A DNA stretch of 64,000 nucleotides, taken from contig NW_024704742.1 in NCBI RefSeq assembly GCF_018977255.1, positions 35,404,001-35,468,000 on the forward strand, in the 5' to 3' direction. This DNA is from Callorhinchus milii (Eukaryota). Position numbers and translations under genes: made by a program. The notes beneath the pieces are model-generated. The model ran no database searches and was not told the origin of the DNA. It worked only from the letters and a program-made list of their open reading frames with translations. The first letter of the stretch is position 1; every line of letters begins with the position of its first letter. This document shows, piece by piece, positions 40,603 through 52,289 of the stretch.

Positions 40603-41609
40603 CACGGTACAAAGATTGAGAAAATATGACTCAATTCCTGCTTTTCTTACACTCCAGTCCCTGCAGTCAACAGTGTGCAATAAGCCAAGGTTTACGGTAA
40701 AACATTAATCCTGTTTAACAAAGATAAACCGAATTCTCAAAATCCGCTTCTCCAGGCAGTTCATTTTAATACAATGTGGATTCCCTCTTTGGAGGTTCAA
40801 AAACCATATATAATCTTAGCGTGTAAGAACATTTTGCCTTAAAATTCAAGATTATACAGAATTATGGGAAAATTCTTAAATTCTGTTTTAATTTTGAAGC
40901 TGGTTCTTTTTAAAAAGTGCAGAAACTGGATTGCAATTAAGATTGCCTTTAAGAATTCTTCACATGGAATAATCTTGCACCCAATACAATACCAAGATCC
41001 ATTAAGCTAACACTCCACTTTTAGGCATTTCAATGTGACAAGGCAAACATCAAATTCTTGTTCAACAAAAGCTGCAATACTCCAAATCAGGCTGACATCA
41101 GTTCAAAACTTCCCTCTGACAAATGGTTAAGATGAAGTATGTATCATGTAGGTAGGGAATTGTAGGAAAGGATACCTCCATGTTATGGCCCAGTGCTTTA
41201 TTCAAAACAAGAAACTGATTAAGATTAAGAAACGGTAAGATTTCGTTACAAACGCAAAAGAAGATCTATTCTTCATTGTTACTGTTTAAAATTCAAACAC
41301 AACCTGAATTCAAACACAAAACGCTTTCCCAAATCCAAACTAGAGTCAGCATGAAACAAATGAGACAACAAAAGGAACATCTGTTTTTATTTTATACAGA
41401 TTATGCTAAAACCATCTCACCTTTTGTGAGGTTAGAGTAGAAATGGAATTTAAAAATCCTGTTTGGTGGTAGAGCCTTAAATTTAGCTTGTAGTGAAATT
41501 TTACTCAGCAGGCGATATCTGTAATTAATCTCTAAATTAATCAGATTGACTGTGTAATGTGTAATATAACATGTTTTTTCCCTTTTTAAATTAAAAATGT
41601 CACCTCGAG

Positions 41610-41710
41610 GCTTACATAAGACAATACATTTCTCCAGTTGTGGTTTCCCTAATGATAGGTAAAGACTGGTTCTCCGTGCAAAGAAAAAGAGATAACGAAT
41701 GGTGTACCAG
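41610..41710 (+). pseudogene. GFPT (pseudogene): GFPT exon remnant ([24 protein letters not shown]...LP exon)
   Basis: ag|GCT TAC ATA AGA CAA TAC ATT TCT... = AYIRQYISPVVVSLMIGKDWFSVQR/KEITNG-VP; donor reads at instead of gt. Confidence 0.85.
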
Positions 41711-42289
41711 ATATAATTTTAACCTAAGGACGCACTTCTTTGAACTGCTACCAACGTAATATGTGATAGAAATATTTTTATGAAGTGAACCCTTTGTTTC
41801 CCTTCTGCAGGCACCATTTTAAAAACTAAATTGATATAAATACAAAATTCGCCATCTGCCATATTCCTAACATGCTGATCATAAGTCTGTTTTTTCTTTA
41901 AGTGGTAGCAGACTTTGTAAAGAAGACTTTTTTCTTCAGTACAAATTTGAAACTAAAGTATGGAATTGTCCCCAGAGTCCTAAATGGCCTTCAACAGACA
42001 AGTCTTAATGAAGTAGAGTTAAAATCTGTGATAAATTAATGAGAATGTTCCTTTTAGTGGCAATCATCCATTCACTTACTATTATAGCACCTTTAATTAT
42101 TGTTACTAATGATAGAGTTTTTGGGTCACCGCTTTCAGGAGGAAGCAGGAAACTTCTTTCTGCTGAAGAGGCACTGTGCAGCCACTTTTACATACTGTAA
42201 CTAGCAACTGATATTTATTCCATCTTCCCCTCCTGTTCACTTTACCTTATTCCTGAATTATCTTTAACTCTTTCAACCTTGGTAAGGCA

Positions 42290-42533
42290 AATCCTTGGGC
42301 AAGATTCCTTACTCTACACGCCTGATAATAATCCTTCAAGAAAAAAATAACAATAATAATTTGGTCACTCAAACCACAACTGTTTGGGGGACACTGCTGT
42401 GCGCAATTGGCTGCCACGTTTCGCCCACAAATGTACTGTCAATTCACTTTAGAGTATATTCTGTGAAGCACTTTGAGATGTCTAGAAGACGTGAAAAACA
42501 TTATATTAAATGCAAGGATTATTATTTATTATT
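42290..42533 (+). mobile_element. SINE, 5'-truncated
   Basis: Body and tail of the same tRNA-SINE family. Confidence 0.88.
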
Positions 42534-42563
42534 ATAAACTTGAGTTGCCTAAGAATAATTCTG

Positions 42564-42789
42564 TGGGTCTGATAGGAGGCAATTTCTAACAGAATTCCTC
42601 AATAAGGAAACCAGAACTATATTGAGCCAACTTGGTAAACTATAATGCCAATCAATGCAATCTGCTTCCAGAGCGGAGATCCTGCAGGTCGGAGTGACGT
42701 ACGTGACGCACTTCCAGTTACCAGAAAGAATCCTCACTCTGATCCCTTATTGAGCAATCCCATAAGAAATCGCTGTATATTAGACTCCA
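42564..42789. mobile_element. MITE-like element with about 50-bp imperfect terminal inverted repeats
   Basis: Left tgggtctgataggaggcaatttctaacagaattcctcaataaggaaaccag versus reverse complement of right end tggagtctaatatacagcgatttcttatgggattgctcaataagggatcag. Confidence 0.65.
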
Positions 42790-43504
42790 TTTAATTTGTT
42801 TTGTTTAACACCCACGTAAATGACTACTCTGCATACATTTATTTTACGCAATTTACAATATTCTGGTTCAAATCACTTAATTCACTTAATAACTTCAATG
42901 AAGATACACATACACCATATCACGATTCGTATACACATACCCACACAGATTTTAAAACATAATTTTGTTCATTACAGACCAAACAGAACAAAAGCGAAAA
43001 TAAATTAAGAATAACTAATACTGCAGTAGATAAATAATGGTTTGACATTGCACTGCTTTAAAAGATCAGTAGTAATTTATAGTTCGTTGCTATACTAGTG
43101 CCTGTATTTTATCAGACTCATTTAGCTTAGCCTGAAAATGAAATCAATTGACGCATTTGTTAATGTATAACAAATACTTTATGGTGCAATATATTTTAAC
43201 AATGTTACAGCTTGATTTTTTGGTTAAGTAAGTGTTAAGTATCTTCATCTCCAGTGTTCCGAGCAATCAAGAAGGAAAAGCATGCCTAAAAAAAATCTTT
43301 TTGAAAATAAGCGTTATTTAACAGTGGTCAGTAATCTTGCTGCTGCACCAGGGTGATCTCCTGGAAAATTAAATCTTCACCTAATTAAAGTGACAACTAC
43401 AGTTTGCAACAGAAACAATGTGTTCAATTCTTAAATGAAAAATAATCATTAATTGGAGGAACCTTTCATATTTTGAAATGCACAGTTGAGTAACGGTATT
43501 AAGG

Positions 43505-43693
43505 TTAAAAACAATAATAAATTGGTCATTTTCAATCCACGAATGTTTGTGGGACACTGCTGAGCGCAATTGGTTGCCGCATTTCGCCCACAAATATACA
43601 ATCAATTCACTTTAAAGTATATTCTGTGAAGTGCTTTGAGACGTCTAGAAGACGTGAAAAGCGCTATATCAAATGCAAGGATTATTATTATTA
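43505..43693 (+). mobile_element. SINE, 5'-truncated
   Basis: 3' half and (TTA)n tail of the tRNA-SINE family. Confidence 0.88.
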
Positions 43694-44436
43694 TAAAGGT
43701 TTTCCAAAGTGTGGCAGATTACAGTTAATCATGATTTCATTCTTTAAAACAAAGATCTAGCCATTAATATGTTACAGGCACAGAAAAAATCTAAGGCTTC
43801 ATATATACTTTTATTTTATTTAAAGAAGATCCCATAATATTATTTAGAACCATTGATATGTTTTCAAAACATGCACAATTCTTTGTAAGTCGAGATCTTG
43901 TACTTCTAAAGCAAATGACACCTATTTGGGGATTTTTTTGACATTCACTATGGCTTTAAACGAGATTTGCTGTGTTTTAGAAGCAAACACACTAACTCGC
44001 AATTGCGACAGACCCACGATAGACTGATGATATCATTGGCCTGGCAACAACTCAAAGTAAAAGGAAAGAAAAATGCTAAACAATGAAGCAAATATGGTGC
44101 CTTGACTGTGTGCACACGGATGCATATTAGTAAAGCATCTGGAATGTTTAACAATGTTGCCTACATACATACATACACATATATATATATGGATCTAATG
44201 TGCGGTACTTCTTAATGGGATTCCTTGTTAAAGAATTCCATTAAAATTCATATTAACCTAAGGCAACTCCACTTCAAAAGAAGATTGTGTTGGAGCAAAG
44301 TTACGCACCTGTGCTTATGGTTACCAGGAGTCCCCAATTAAGCATCTTAAATTATTTATTGAGTAATCCCATTAAAAATTTGACTCAACCTACACACATA
44401 CACACATAAATATCGTTACACGCATCATCTAATAGG

Positions 44437-44848
44437 TGTCAACCTAGTTCAATTGGTAGCACTCTCAACTCGAAGTCAGAAAGTTGTGGGTTCAAGCCTC
44501 AATTTAAGCTCACATAGTCTAGGCTGACACTCCAGTGCTGTGCTGGGAGTGAACTGCATTTTTGAGGAGCCGTTCTTCGAATGAGACTTTAAACTATCAT
44601 CCTGCCTGACTGTTGAATTGGTAGTTAAGGATCTAAGAGTATTATTCAAAAAGAGAAAGCGTTTCTCCCAGTTACCTGGTGAATAATCCCCAGATAAAAT
44701 TGGTCATTCATTTCAAATGCCAGTTGATGGGATCTTGCTGGTTGCTGCATTTGTCTACAAAATACAGAGTCACTATCCTTTTCTGTAAATCCTGTGAAGT
44801 CTTTTGAAATATCCTTTTGACATGAAATGCGCAACATCAAAAGCAAGA
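44437..44848 (+). mobile_element. Deu-domain SINE, near full length
   Basis: Head gtcaacctagttcaattggtagcactctc..gtcagaaagttgtgggttcaagc, then ctaggctgacactccagtgc. Confidence 0.72.
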
Positions 44849-44927
44849 AAAATGGTTATACTGTAACTAAAATTAAAAATCCTATTTTTTTCTGTAAAAA
44901 AAACCTGTTATATTTCAATCTTTTTAC

Positions 44928-45048
44928 TCTTGATCAATGAGGTTACTATCCTGGATGACTAAATTCAGCAGCTGGCCATTGTCCATCGGTTGTTCCATCA
45001 GTGCTTAGTTGTGTCTACTGTTATGTTCACCGCCTGGAGGGGGCATTA
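44928..45048 (+). pseudogene. GFPT (pseudogene): GFPT exon remnant (DLIKEVLSMDDEIQKLA...YATCLEGAL exon)
   Basis: Reads LINEVTILDD*IQQLAI...YCYVHRLEGAL|gtgagt; TAA at 44960-44962; acceptor reads ac instead of ag. Confidence 0.9.
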
Positions 45049-46862
45049 GTGAGTAACTGATATGAGAGATCACCCAAGTGCACCCTTTTCAATTAGCAAT
45101 AGGACTTCATACCTGGAGATTGAAAGTGGTAGATGGAGCAGACAGTTAATTATAGCTTTAGCTCCAAACTGTGAGTTAATGAATTTTAAAGTGAATCAAT
45201 TAATAGCTAATTGGGTTACATGCATGGAGCTTGAATTGGAAATCTTGAAGGGTAGAGGCTTTATAAAAGACAGAGCTGGCTTTCTTTTATTTGATAAGAG
45301 CAGCGAACCACCTACCAGTTTTATGTTACCGTACCATTGTTGTTAAATAAAATGAAACTGTTGAGCTTATGGAAGCGTTCATTTTACTGTCGAGATAGAA
45401 TTGATTAATGCATTTTGTAGACTGAATTATTGATGCAATTTCTTCTAAAATTGCAGCTATTCTTTTTCTGGTGAATTGTTTTGCAAGTTTGAAAGATTTA
45501 TTAAAATGTTGGGCCTGTAGAAGACAAAATGCTACTTAGTATTAATATGTTGTTGATGGGGGGATGATTAGTCTTTCCTACGGTGCAATAACTACCAACA
45601 ATATTGACACAGTGTTATTTATTGGGGTCAAGGCAGCATTTGATTTTAATTACACACTGGTATGTAGTTGAGACAATGGGGATGAGATATTTCCTTTGTC
45701 AGTTAGATATTCTACCTTGTGGATGTGCATAAATAGTAGCAGAAAATCGTGAGTTAACAATAAAATAGGATGTTAAAATCTCCTGATTATCTGCACTGAC
45801 AAAAGAAATGTTACAAAGAAAAATGCCCAAGTGAGTAAAACTGGCAATTAAGCTTATTATAAATAGTCTCCAATTTATTATAAATTGGAGCATTTTTTCC
45901 TGAGTGCTTCTTTGCAGTAAGTGAATAATTTGGACCATTATGAAACACTACTTTGCTGAAGTTTTTGAGGTGTATTGTAGTCGTGTGCAATGTGGCTGCT
46001 CCATTATTGGCTTCCATCCAACCCTGCTGTTGCTTAATGCAAATAATGTAACAATAATAATAATAATCCTTGCTCTTGATAAAGTACCTTTCAAGTCAGG
46101 AGGAAGTCTCAAAACGCTTTACCTGATTTACTTTGCTTTCCTTTATTTGGTAAAAGCAATGAACCACCTACCGTATTATGTTACCATATTATTGTTATTA
46201 TATAAAACAAAACTGTTGGATGAATGAATGAGTGAATTTGTGAAGTTATTTTTTTCCAAAATAGCAGCTATTGTCTGTCTGACCGGGTATTTTGTGGGGC
46301 AATGCGGCAGCTAATTTGTGCATAGCAAAGTCCCACAAACAGCCATTAAGTGAATAACCAATATTGTGAGAAATATATTTCTCATTGTGAGAAAGGACTT
46401 GTATAAATGTTCCTCACGTTTAACCAACCTGCCAAGGTGTGCATCCTTGTGCTATTCAGTGGTAGCAGGCCCCACTACCACTCCTCCTTTGGATGGATAG
46501 CTGAGCTTTGCCCTCCAGTAATATTACCCTGTGCCAAGTGCTTCTAGCCTATTTGCAACAGTACCTTAACCTTTTTGTTATTCAAACCGTTTAATTTTAT
46601 TTCAAATTCTGAAATAGAATTGGAATCCTGTTAAAATTATATTTTACATTATCTCGATGTCTGAATGGGGGAAAAAGAACTGATTTTAATGTGATGCAAA
46701 ATCAATGCATTTGTGTGTTTAGTATTGATATTGATACACCTCTATCTGTAAATAATGTGAGTCTGACTTGGTTTAAGTGACATAAGGTTATTGTCCAATT
46801 TGCTAGTTGCTGTAATAACATGTGTCAATTTCAATTGCACATCTTCTGGTTTCTTAATGCAG

Positions 46863-47019
46863 AAAATCAGGATCACCTCCATGCACTCTGAGGGGATCCT
46901 TGCTGGTGAAGTGAAGCATGGTCCTTTAGGTCTGATTGATAAGCTGATGCCAGTCATTATGTTTGTCATGAGGGACCCATACTGCAGCAAATGTACTTCA
47001 ACAAGTCACAGCTTGACAG
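46863..47019 (+). pseudogene. GFPT (pseudogene): GFPT exon remnant ([25 protein letters not shown]...QQVTARQ exon, second SIS domain)
   Basis: ttcttaatgcag|[44 protein letters not shown] / frameshifting deletion / LQQVTA*Q|gtttgt; TGA at 47014-47016. Confidence 0.97.
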
Positions 47020-47274
47020 GTTTGTGAAGTGTTACACTGACTGTCAAACTAACCAGTGGCAGGGGTTAGATGTAAGATACGTAAATGCAGTACATGTCTA
47101 TGCTTTGAACGTGTCGCAGCATTAAACTCTATATAATTAACTCACCAGCTACTCTTTCCTGGCTACATTGCACGCACTTGGTTGATATGGATTACAAATT
47201 GCTGTGACATCTAATAGTGCATTCAAACAGGTTGTGATCACGGGTAACGCACGTTTCAATCTGCATTCATCACT

Positions 47275-47487
47275 CTGACAACGTATGACACTCTCCCTCA
47301 ATCTCTCCGCCTTGCCTCCTCTCTCCCCTTTTTCCAGTCCCGCCTGAAAACCTTCCTATTCAACCGTGCTTACGGCCACCTCCCCGTGCCCAACCCCGCA
47401 CCCAATTCGGAGTCAGGCTCCGCCACTGTTAAGCGCTCTGAGACGTTACCCTGCGTGGAGGGCGCTATATAAGTGCAAGTTGTTGTT
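47275..47487 (+). mobile_element. L2 LINE 3' end
   Basis: Tail nearly identical to that at 2478-2837 (caggctccgccactgttaagcgctctgagacg..gggcgctatat). Confidence 0.88.
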
Positions 47488-49239
47488 AGAGTGTATCAAA
47501 CTGATGCAAACAGTATGCAGTGAACACATGGTAGAGACCCACTATTCCAACTAGTCTCAGCTTGTTCAGACCGTTTTGTCTTAAAATTTAACACAACACA
47601 GAATTTCGGAAAATTCTTAAATCCAGCCCAAATCCGCAAGCCAAGTTTCCACAGTTCTTTAAAATTTTTGACTTTCAAATTAAGACTGATGTTTTCCTCA
47701 ATTCTATGGGATGTCACATTTCAAGACCAAGACAAGGTGAGATTTCAGGAGCCCAGAGAGTTTGAAGTAAAGTTAACACTTTGCTTGTAAATACTACAGT
47801 AAAAGAGCTTTTTGCTTAAAGTCACACCATTGATAAATATGGATGGATCGACTGAACTAATGTTGGAAGCTAGCAGCGCATTTTTTTTCATTGTAATTCA
47901 TGAATGTAGAAAGGTTAGAATCTGGAAAACTGCACTGTTGAATTTAATTCAAACTGAGTGAGAAAATAAATTCCTGAGGAACTAGTCATTTACAGAATAA
48001 ATAAAATTCTATGCTTGCCAGTTCTAAATGATGTGCAGCAAAGCAAGTAAAAGGGTCGGCTGAGCATTCAAAATGTTAACGGTTTCCTACTTTTTAATCT
48101 ATTTCCTAAATGAAAACTTACCTCGATATTATGTTTCCAAATATGATGCTATCTTTGACACTACAGTTTTTGCCAGGACATTTTCCTGAATCTTGTTCAC
48201 ACAATATTTTTCACGGAATTAATCTAGACAGGACAAATGTTTAATTTGTACTTATTGTATACAAAACAATCTTACAACACAATTCATGCTATTTGAAACC
48301 TACCCCTTTAACTCAGTATTTTATATGGTTATAATCTTTACAATCTAACATAATAATGTAGTACAATGGAAATGGCATTTGCTCTTGCATTCTGCTCTTG
48401 TGGGGAAATAGCATTTCCATTGTTTTTTTTTAGTAGATTTCAACTTCTGGATTCATTGTAATAATATTTCAATCTTAAGTAAGAAAGTCAAAATGTCTAC
48501 TGAGCCAGATAACATGTGCCGTGGCCTTTATTCTAGCTGGGCATCTTCAAGAATCTACGTTAACTGTGATATGTTTTACTAGACTAGGATCCATAGACTA
48601 CAGAGTTTTTAAAAAAGTGATCATTAGGATGTGGCAATGTTACTGGGAGCAGGGATTCTTTTCACTTAGTTCCTGTAACCCTGCAAACTCAGGACTCTTG
48701 GGTAGACTGATCCTAGCTGGACAAACAGCAGGAAGGCTGTCAGAAAGTGCTCTCAACAGCAAACTATGCAGTTTAATTGATTAAACTCCAGCAGTATGCG
48801 CACTCTGGGGTCCCCAAGCCTTGGCTTTTGCCAATGTGCACCAAATACTCTTGGAAACTGGTTAAGCCAGAATACATCCCTGCAGAGAGAAAGTACACAC
48901 GTCATTCCAGAAAAAGGGAAATTTACATATGTGAAATTCTCGGTCTGGTTTGGATACTCCTAACTACGATGATGGATTTTCACATGTATCAAATACCCGA
49001 TCTCCCATAAACAAATGTCTCGGCTGAATAATAAATGACTTCTTGCTCTGTAAAGTAATACACTGTAAATGGGTGATGTAAAGACTGTGGACCAAATATG
49101 AATCCATAATAGAGATTTTAAACATGGTTACTAAAAAAAGGCTGAAATTTGCAGTCATTATTGATGGTTGTAAGTAATTGCTGAACAAAATCCATCCTTT
49201 TCAGATCTTAATGAATTCTTGCATTCTTTCTTCCTTTAG

Positions 49240-49391
49240 GGTCACCCTGTCATTATACGTGAAAGGACGTTGGGGAAATGATGAAATATGTATACAGAGC
49301 AATTGGACTGCCGAACACAACAGATCTTCTGCTAGGAAATCATAGTGTCATTCCCTTACAGTTCTTCACATCCCACCTCAGAGGATATGAT
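49240..49391 (+). pseudogene. GFPT (pseudogene): GFPT exon remnant (GRPIILC...SVIPLQLLSFHLAVLRGYD exon)
   Basis: ttcttcctttag|GHPVIIRE/DVGEMMKYVYRAIGLPNTTDLLLGNHSVIPLQFFTSHL---RGYD|gtgagt; one frameshift and a 3-codon deletion. Confidence 0.94.
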
Positions 49392-49639
49392 GTGAGTTAT
49401 GAGAAGATCATAGAGGTTAACTCTAAACGTCTTTGAACAACTTTCACCAAATTCTAAACCTCACGGGAATAAGTTAGTAAGATATTCATGAAATGATAGA
49501 ATTTGTTGTCAGTTTGTCAGGCGTGTTCTAAGCCTGGGAAAAATGAAAACACCAGTCATGTTAAGAAGTGCAGAATGTACATGTGGTAGAAATCTGAGGT
49601 CCACAGTTTCTCATGGTTTTAGTGTCACTCCAAGACGTT

Positions 49640-50010
49640 AGGGTGAAGGGCGCATATAAATGCAAGTTGTTGTGGTTTTAACCTTAAACCATAACCTTAA
49701 AACCACCGTACAGAATTTTAAATGGCAGTCTTAATTCAGTCTTAATTTGGAACTACTTTTGCTTCTGCTGGGGTTTGAAAGCAGAGAGCAAGAGATCAAG
49801 GCAGAGGGATTGAAGGAATGTCTTCCAGACAGAAGGGTCAAAGTGTGTCAAAAACTTGTCCACCGACAGAGGGGCACAGGATGAGGGGACAAAGTGCAGG
49901 CCAGAGTTAGTAGAACACAGGAAGTAAGTGGGGGAGTATGACTGCAGGAGGTCTCAAAAGTGGTGATGGGGAGTCAGTGGAGCCTGGGGAGGATGAGGTG
50001 ATGAGCTCAC
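49640..50010 (-). mobile_element. Decayed L2 LINE fragment(s)
   Basis: L2-type tail near 49645-49672 (+ orientation) and purine-rich reverse L2 ORF2 sequence at 49770-50010. Confidence 0.5.
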
Positions 50011-50627
50011 AAAGCTTGGTCTTTTCTAAAAGGTTTCTTCTGCTTACTCAGGTGATTCCAGTCACAATGTTATTCTAGTCGCAGGTTAGACATTTGGCAA
50101 TCTGGCTATACAGGCCAGAGATTTAGTTCACTCAACACTGTCCTGTATGACCTTTCCTCAGACCTCAGACATCGAGGATAGACAACAGCCAGAAACCAAA
50201 GCAACAGACCCACCTTTGAAAGGACAGCTAATGTGGAGATTGTTTCTGTATTACTGCCAGGTCTGTCAATTCACCTTGCAGTATAAACAGCAGGTTTGAC
50301 AAGAACAGGATTCTATTTCTAAATGAAGCAGCACTACTGCAAGATGCTCATAATGTAAACTTGTCATTACCTGGTATCTGATTTTGTGCAGTGACTGTAG
50401 CTGTTCCAAGCATCCAAACTGTCATCTGCACCGGACGTATTTTGTCACAGCTGATCTGATGATTAAAAGTAGAGCTGCTACCAGTGGGTTTACAGCACTG
50501 CTGGTAACATGGGACATATGGTATAAAAAGCACACAAGAACACCTCATAGTGAACACCCCTGGAGCTGATTTCCTTGTCTTTCAACACAGATGAATCACC
50601 AGGTTGGAAATAATATGGTCTAATTTA

Positions 50628-50990
50628 TAATAATAATCTGTGCATTTAATATAGTGCCTTACCAGATTATTGAAATGTCTCAAAGTGCTTCACAGAATTT
50701 TACTGTAAAGTGACATTCCACACAACCATCAAGTGAATGACCAATTTTATCAGGAGAATTGTTGGCTAGTGTCCCAGGAGAAATTCCCTTCTCGTTTCAA
50801 GTAATGCCACGGGATCTTTAACATCCACCTGAATAGGCAGATAGATCCTCGGTGTAATGTCTCCTCCACACCTCTGACAATGCAGAGCTTCTCCAGCCCT
50901 GCATTGGAGCGTCAGTCTAGATTATAAGGTCAAAGTCCCAACTAGGGGCCTTGAACCCACAACCTTTGATTCAAGAGATGAGAAACCTAT
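50628..50990 (-). mobile_element. Deu-domain SINE, near full length
   Basis: taatgccacgggatctttaacatccacctgaataggcaga..cttgaacccacaacc. Confidence 0.75.
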
Positions 50991-51103
50991 CAATTATTCA
51001 TTGAACATGAACTTACACGTTGTTTAACTCTTCCATTTCTGGTGGGCAACTGAGGGAGACAACCCCACTATTGTCAGCTTTCTGGAACATGTTCATTTCA
51101 AAT

Positions 51104-51418
51104 TAATAATAATAATAATCCTTGCATTTGATATAGCGCTTTTCACGTCGGGAGGACGTCCCAAAGCGCTTCACAGAACACACTGTAAAGTGAATTGACT
51201 GTATATTTGTGGGTGAACGCGGCAGCCAATTGCGCACAGCAATGTCCCACAAACAGTCGTGGATTGAAAATGACCAATTTATTATTGTTTTTGTTTTGGA
51301 GGGATTATTATTAGGCGTGTGGAGTAAGGAAACTTGCCCAAGATTTCGTCCTGCCTGGAATTGAACTCAGGTCTCTCACTTGCAAAGCAAGTGCTCTAAC
51401 CACTGAGCTACAGGACTC
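51104..51418 (-). mobile_element. tRNA-Ala-derived SINE, full length, young-looking
   Basis: (TAA)n tail to ..ctgagctacaggactc; CpGs retained. Confidence 0.94.
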
Positions 51419-51794
51419 TACACTTACTGCACACTCTGATGGTGTTTCACTGCTAATCGCGGAATATAAATGGAATCTCAGGCAATGTTTATCCCTGCTC
51501 CAAGTTATTTCTTTTTGACCGCGACTTTGGTCACCTTCCTCCCCCTCCCTCTGGCTCGGCCTCGGGATCCGTCACTGTGAAACGGTCTAAGATGCTGTCG
51601 GGCGTGGAGGGCGCCATATACATCCAAGTTGTTGTTGTTGTTTGAAGTTTTGCAAGAAATCAACTTGCATTTTTCTTGTTTTCATGAGAATAATTTGGCT
51701 GAAACTTTGAATTTGAAATCAAATATTTACTCCTACTAATAATCTACCAACCAGGACTACTGCCAATGTTTTTACTTAAGTATCACTTATATAT

Positions 51795-52113
51795 GGAGTC
51801 CTGTAGCTCAGTGGTTAGAGCACTCGCCTCGCAAGTGAGAGACCTGGGTTCGATTTCCGGCAGGGCAAAACCTTGGGCAAGTTTCGTTACTCCACACGCC
51901 TGATAATAAACCCTCAAGAAAAAAAAGAAAAAGAAAAAAATAATAATTTGTTCACTCAATCTATGACTGTTTGTGGGACACTGCTGTGTGCAATTGGCTT
52001 CCACGTTTCGCCCACAAATATAGAGTGAATTCACTTTACAGTACATTCTGTGAAGCGCTTTGAGACGCCTAGAAGACATGAAAAGCGCTATATCAAATGC
52101 AAGGATTATCATT
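51795..52113 (+). mobile_element. tRNA-Ala-derived SINE, full length
   Basis: GGAGTCCTGTAGCTCAGTGGTTAGAGCACTCGCCTCGCAAGTGAGAGACCTGGGTTCGA: A box, anticodon-arm-like CTCGC-CT-CGC-AA-GTGAG, B box. Confidence 0.94.
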
Positions 52114-52289
52114 ATATATAGTCGCAATTAGTACATAGTTATCACTGAAAGTACCTTAACAACCTTATCCAGGACTGATGCCAGATGGGAAATAGTCCCT
52201 TTTGATTTTGACATTTATTAATATATTACATTTATATTAAATTGATATGCTCTGATACAAAACAAAACACATTGTTTGGATAATATAAT

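Larger units (their letters stand above)
1511..49391 (+). pseudogene. GFPT (pseudogene): Non-processed (intron-containing) GFPT/GFAT pseudogene; 5' exons and final exon not confidently found
   Basis: Eight collinear exon remnants translate to recognisable GFPT1/GFPT2 segments in correct order, with splice sites at the expected boundaries plus several stops and frameshifts (exons listed separately). Confidence 0.93.

Noticed and set aside
50040..50420. Search for the GFPT final exon VDFPRNLAKSVTVE*
   Set aside because: Only a short gtgactgtag match near 50391 without the preceding codons; not supportable.
51795..51868. Apparent tRNA-Ala(CGC) gene, and similar heads elsewhere
   Set aside because: Acceptor stem is incomplete and each head runs into a common SINE body and tail; these are SINE heads.
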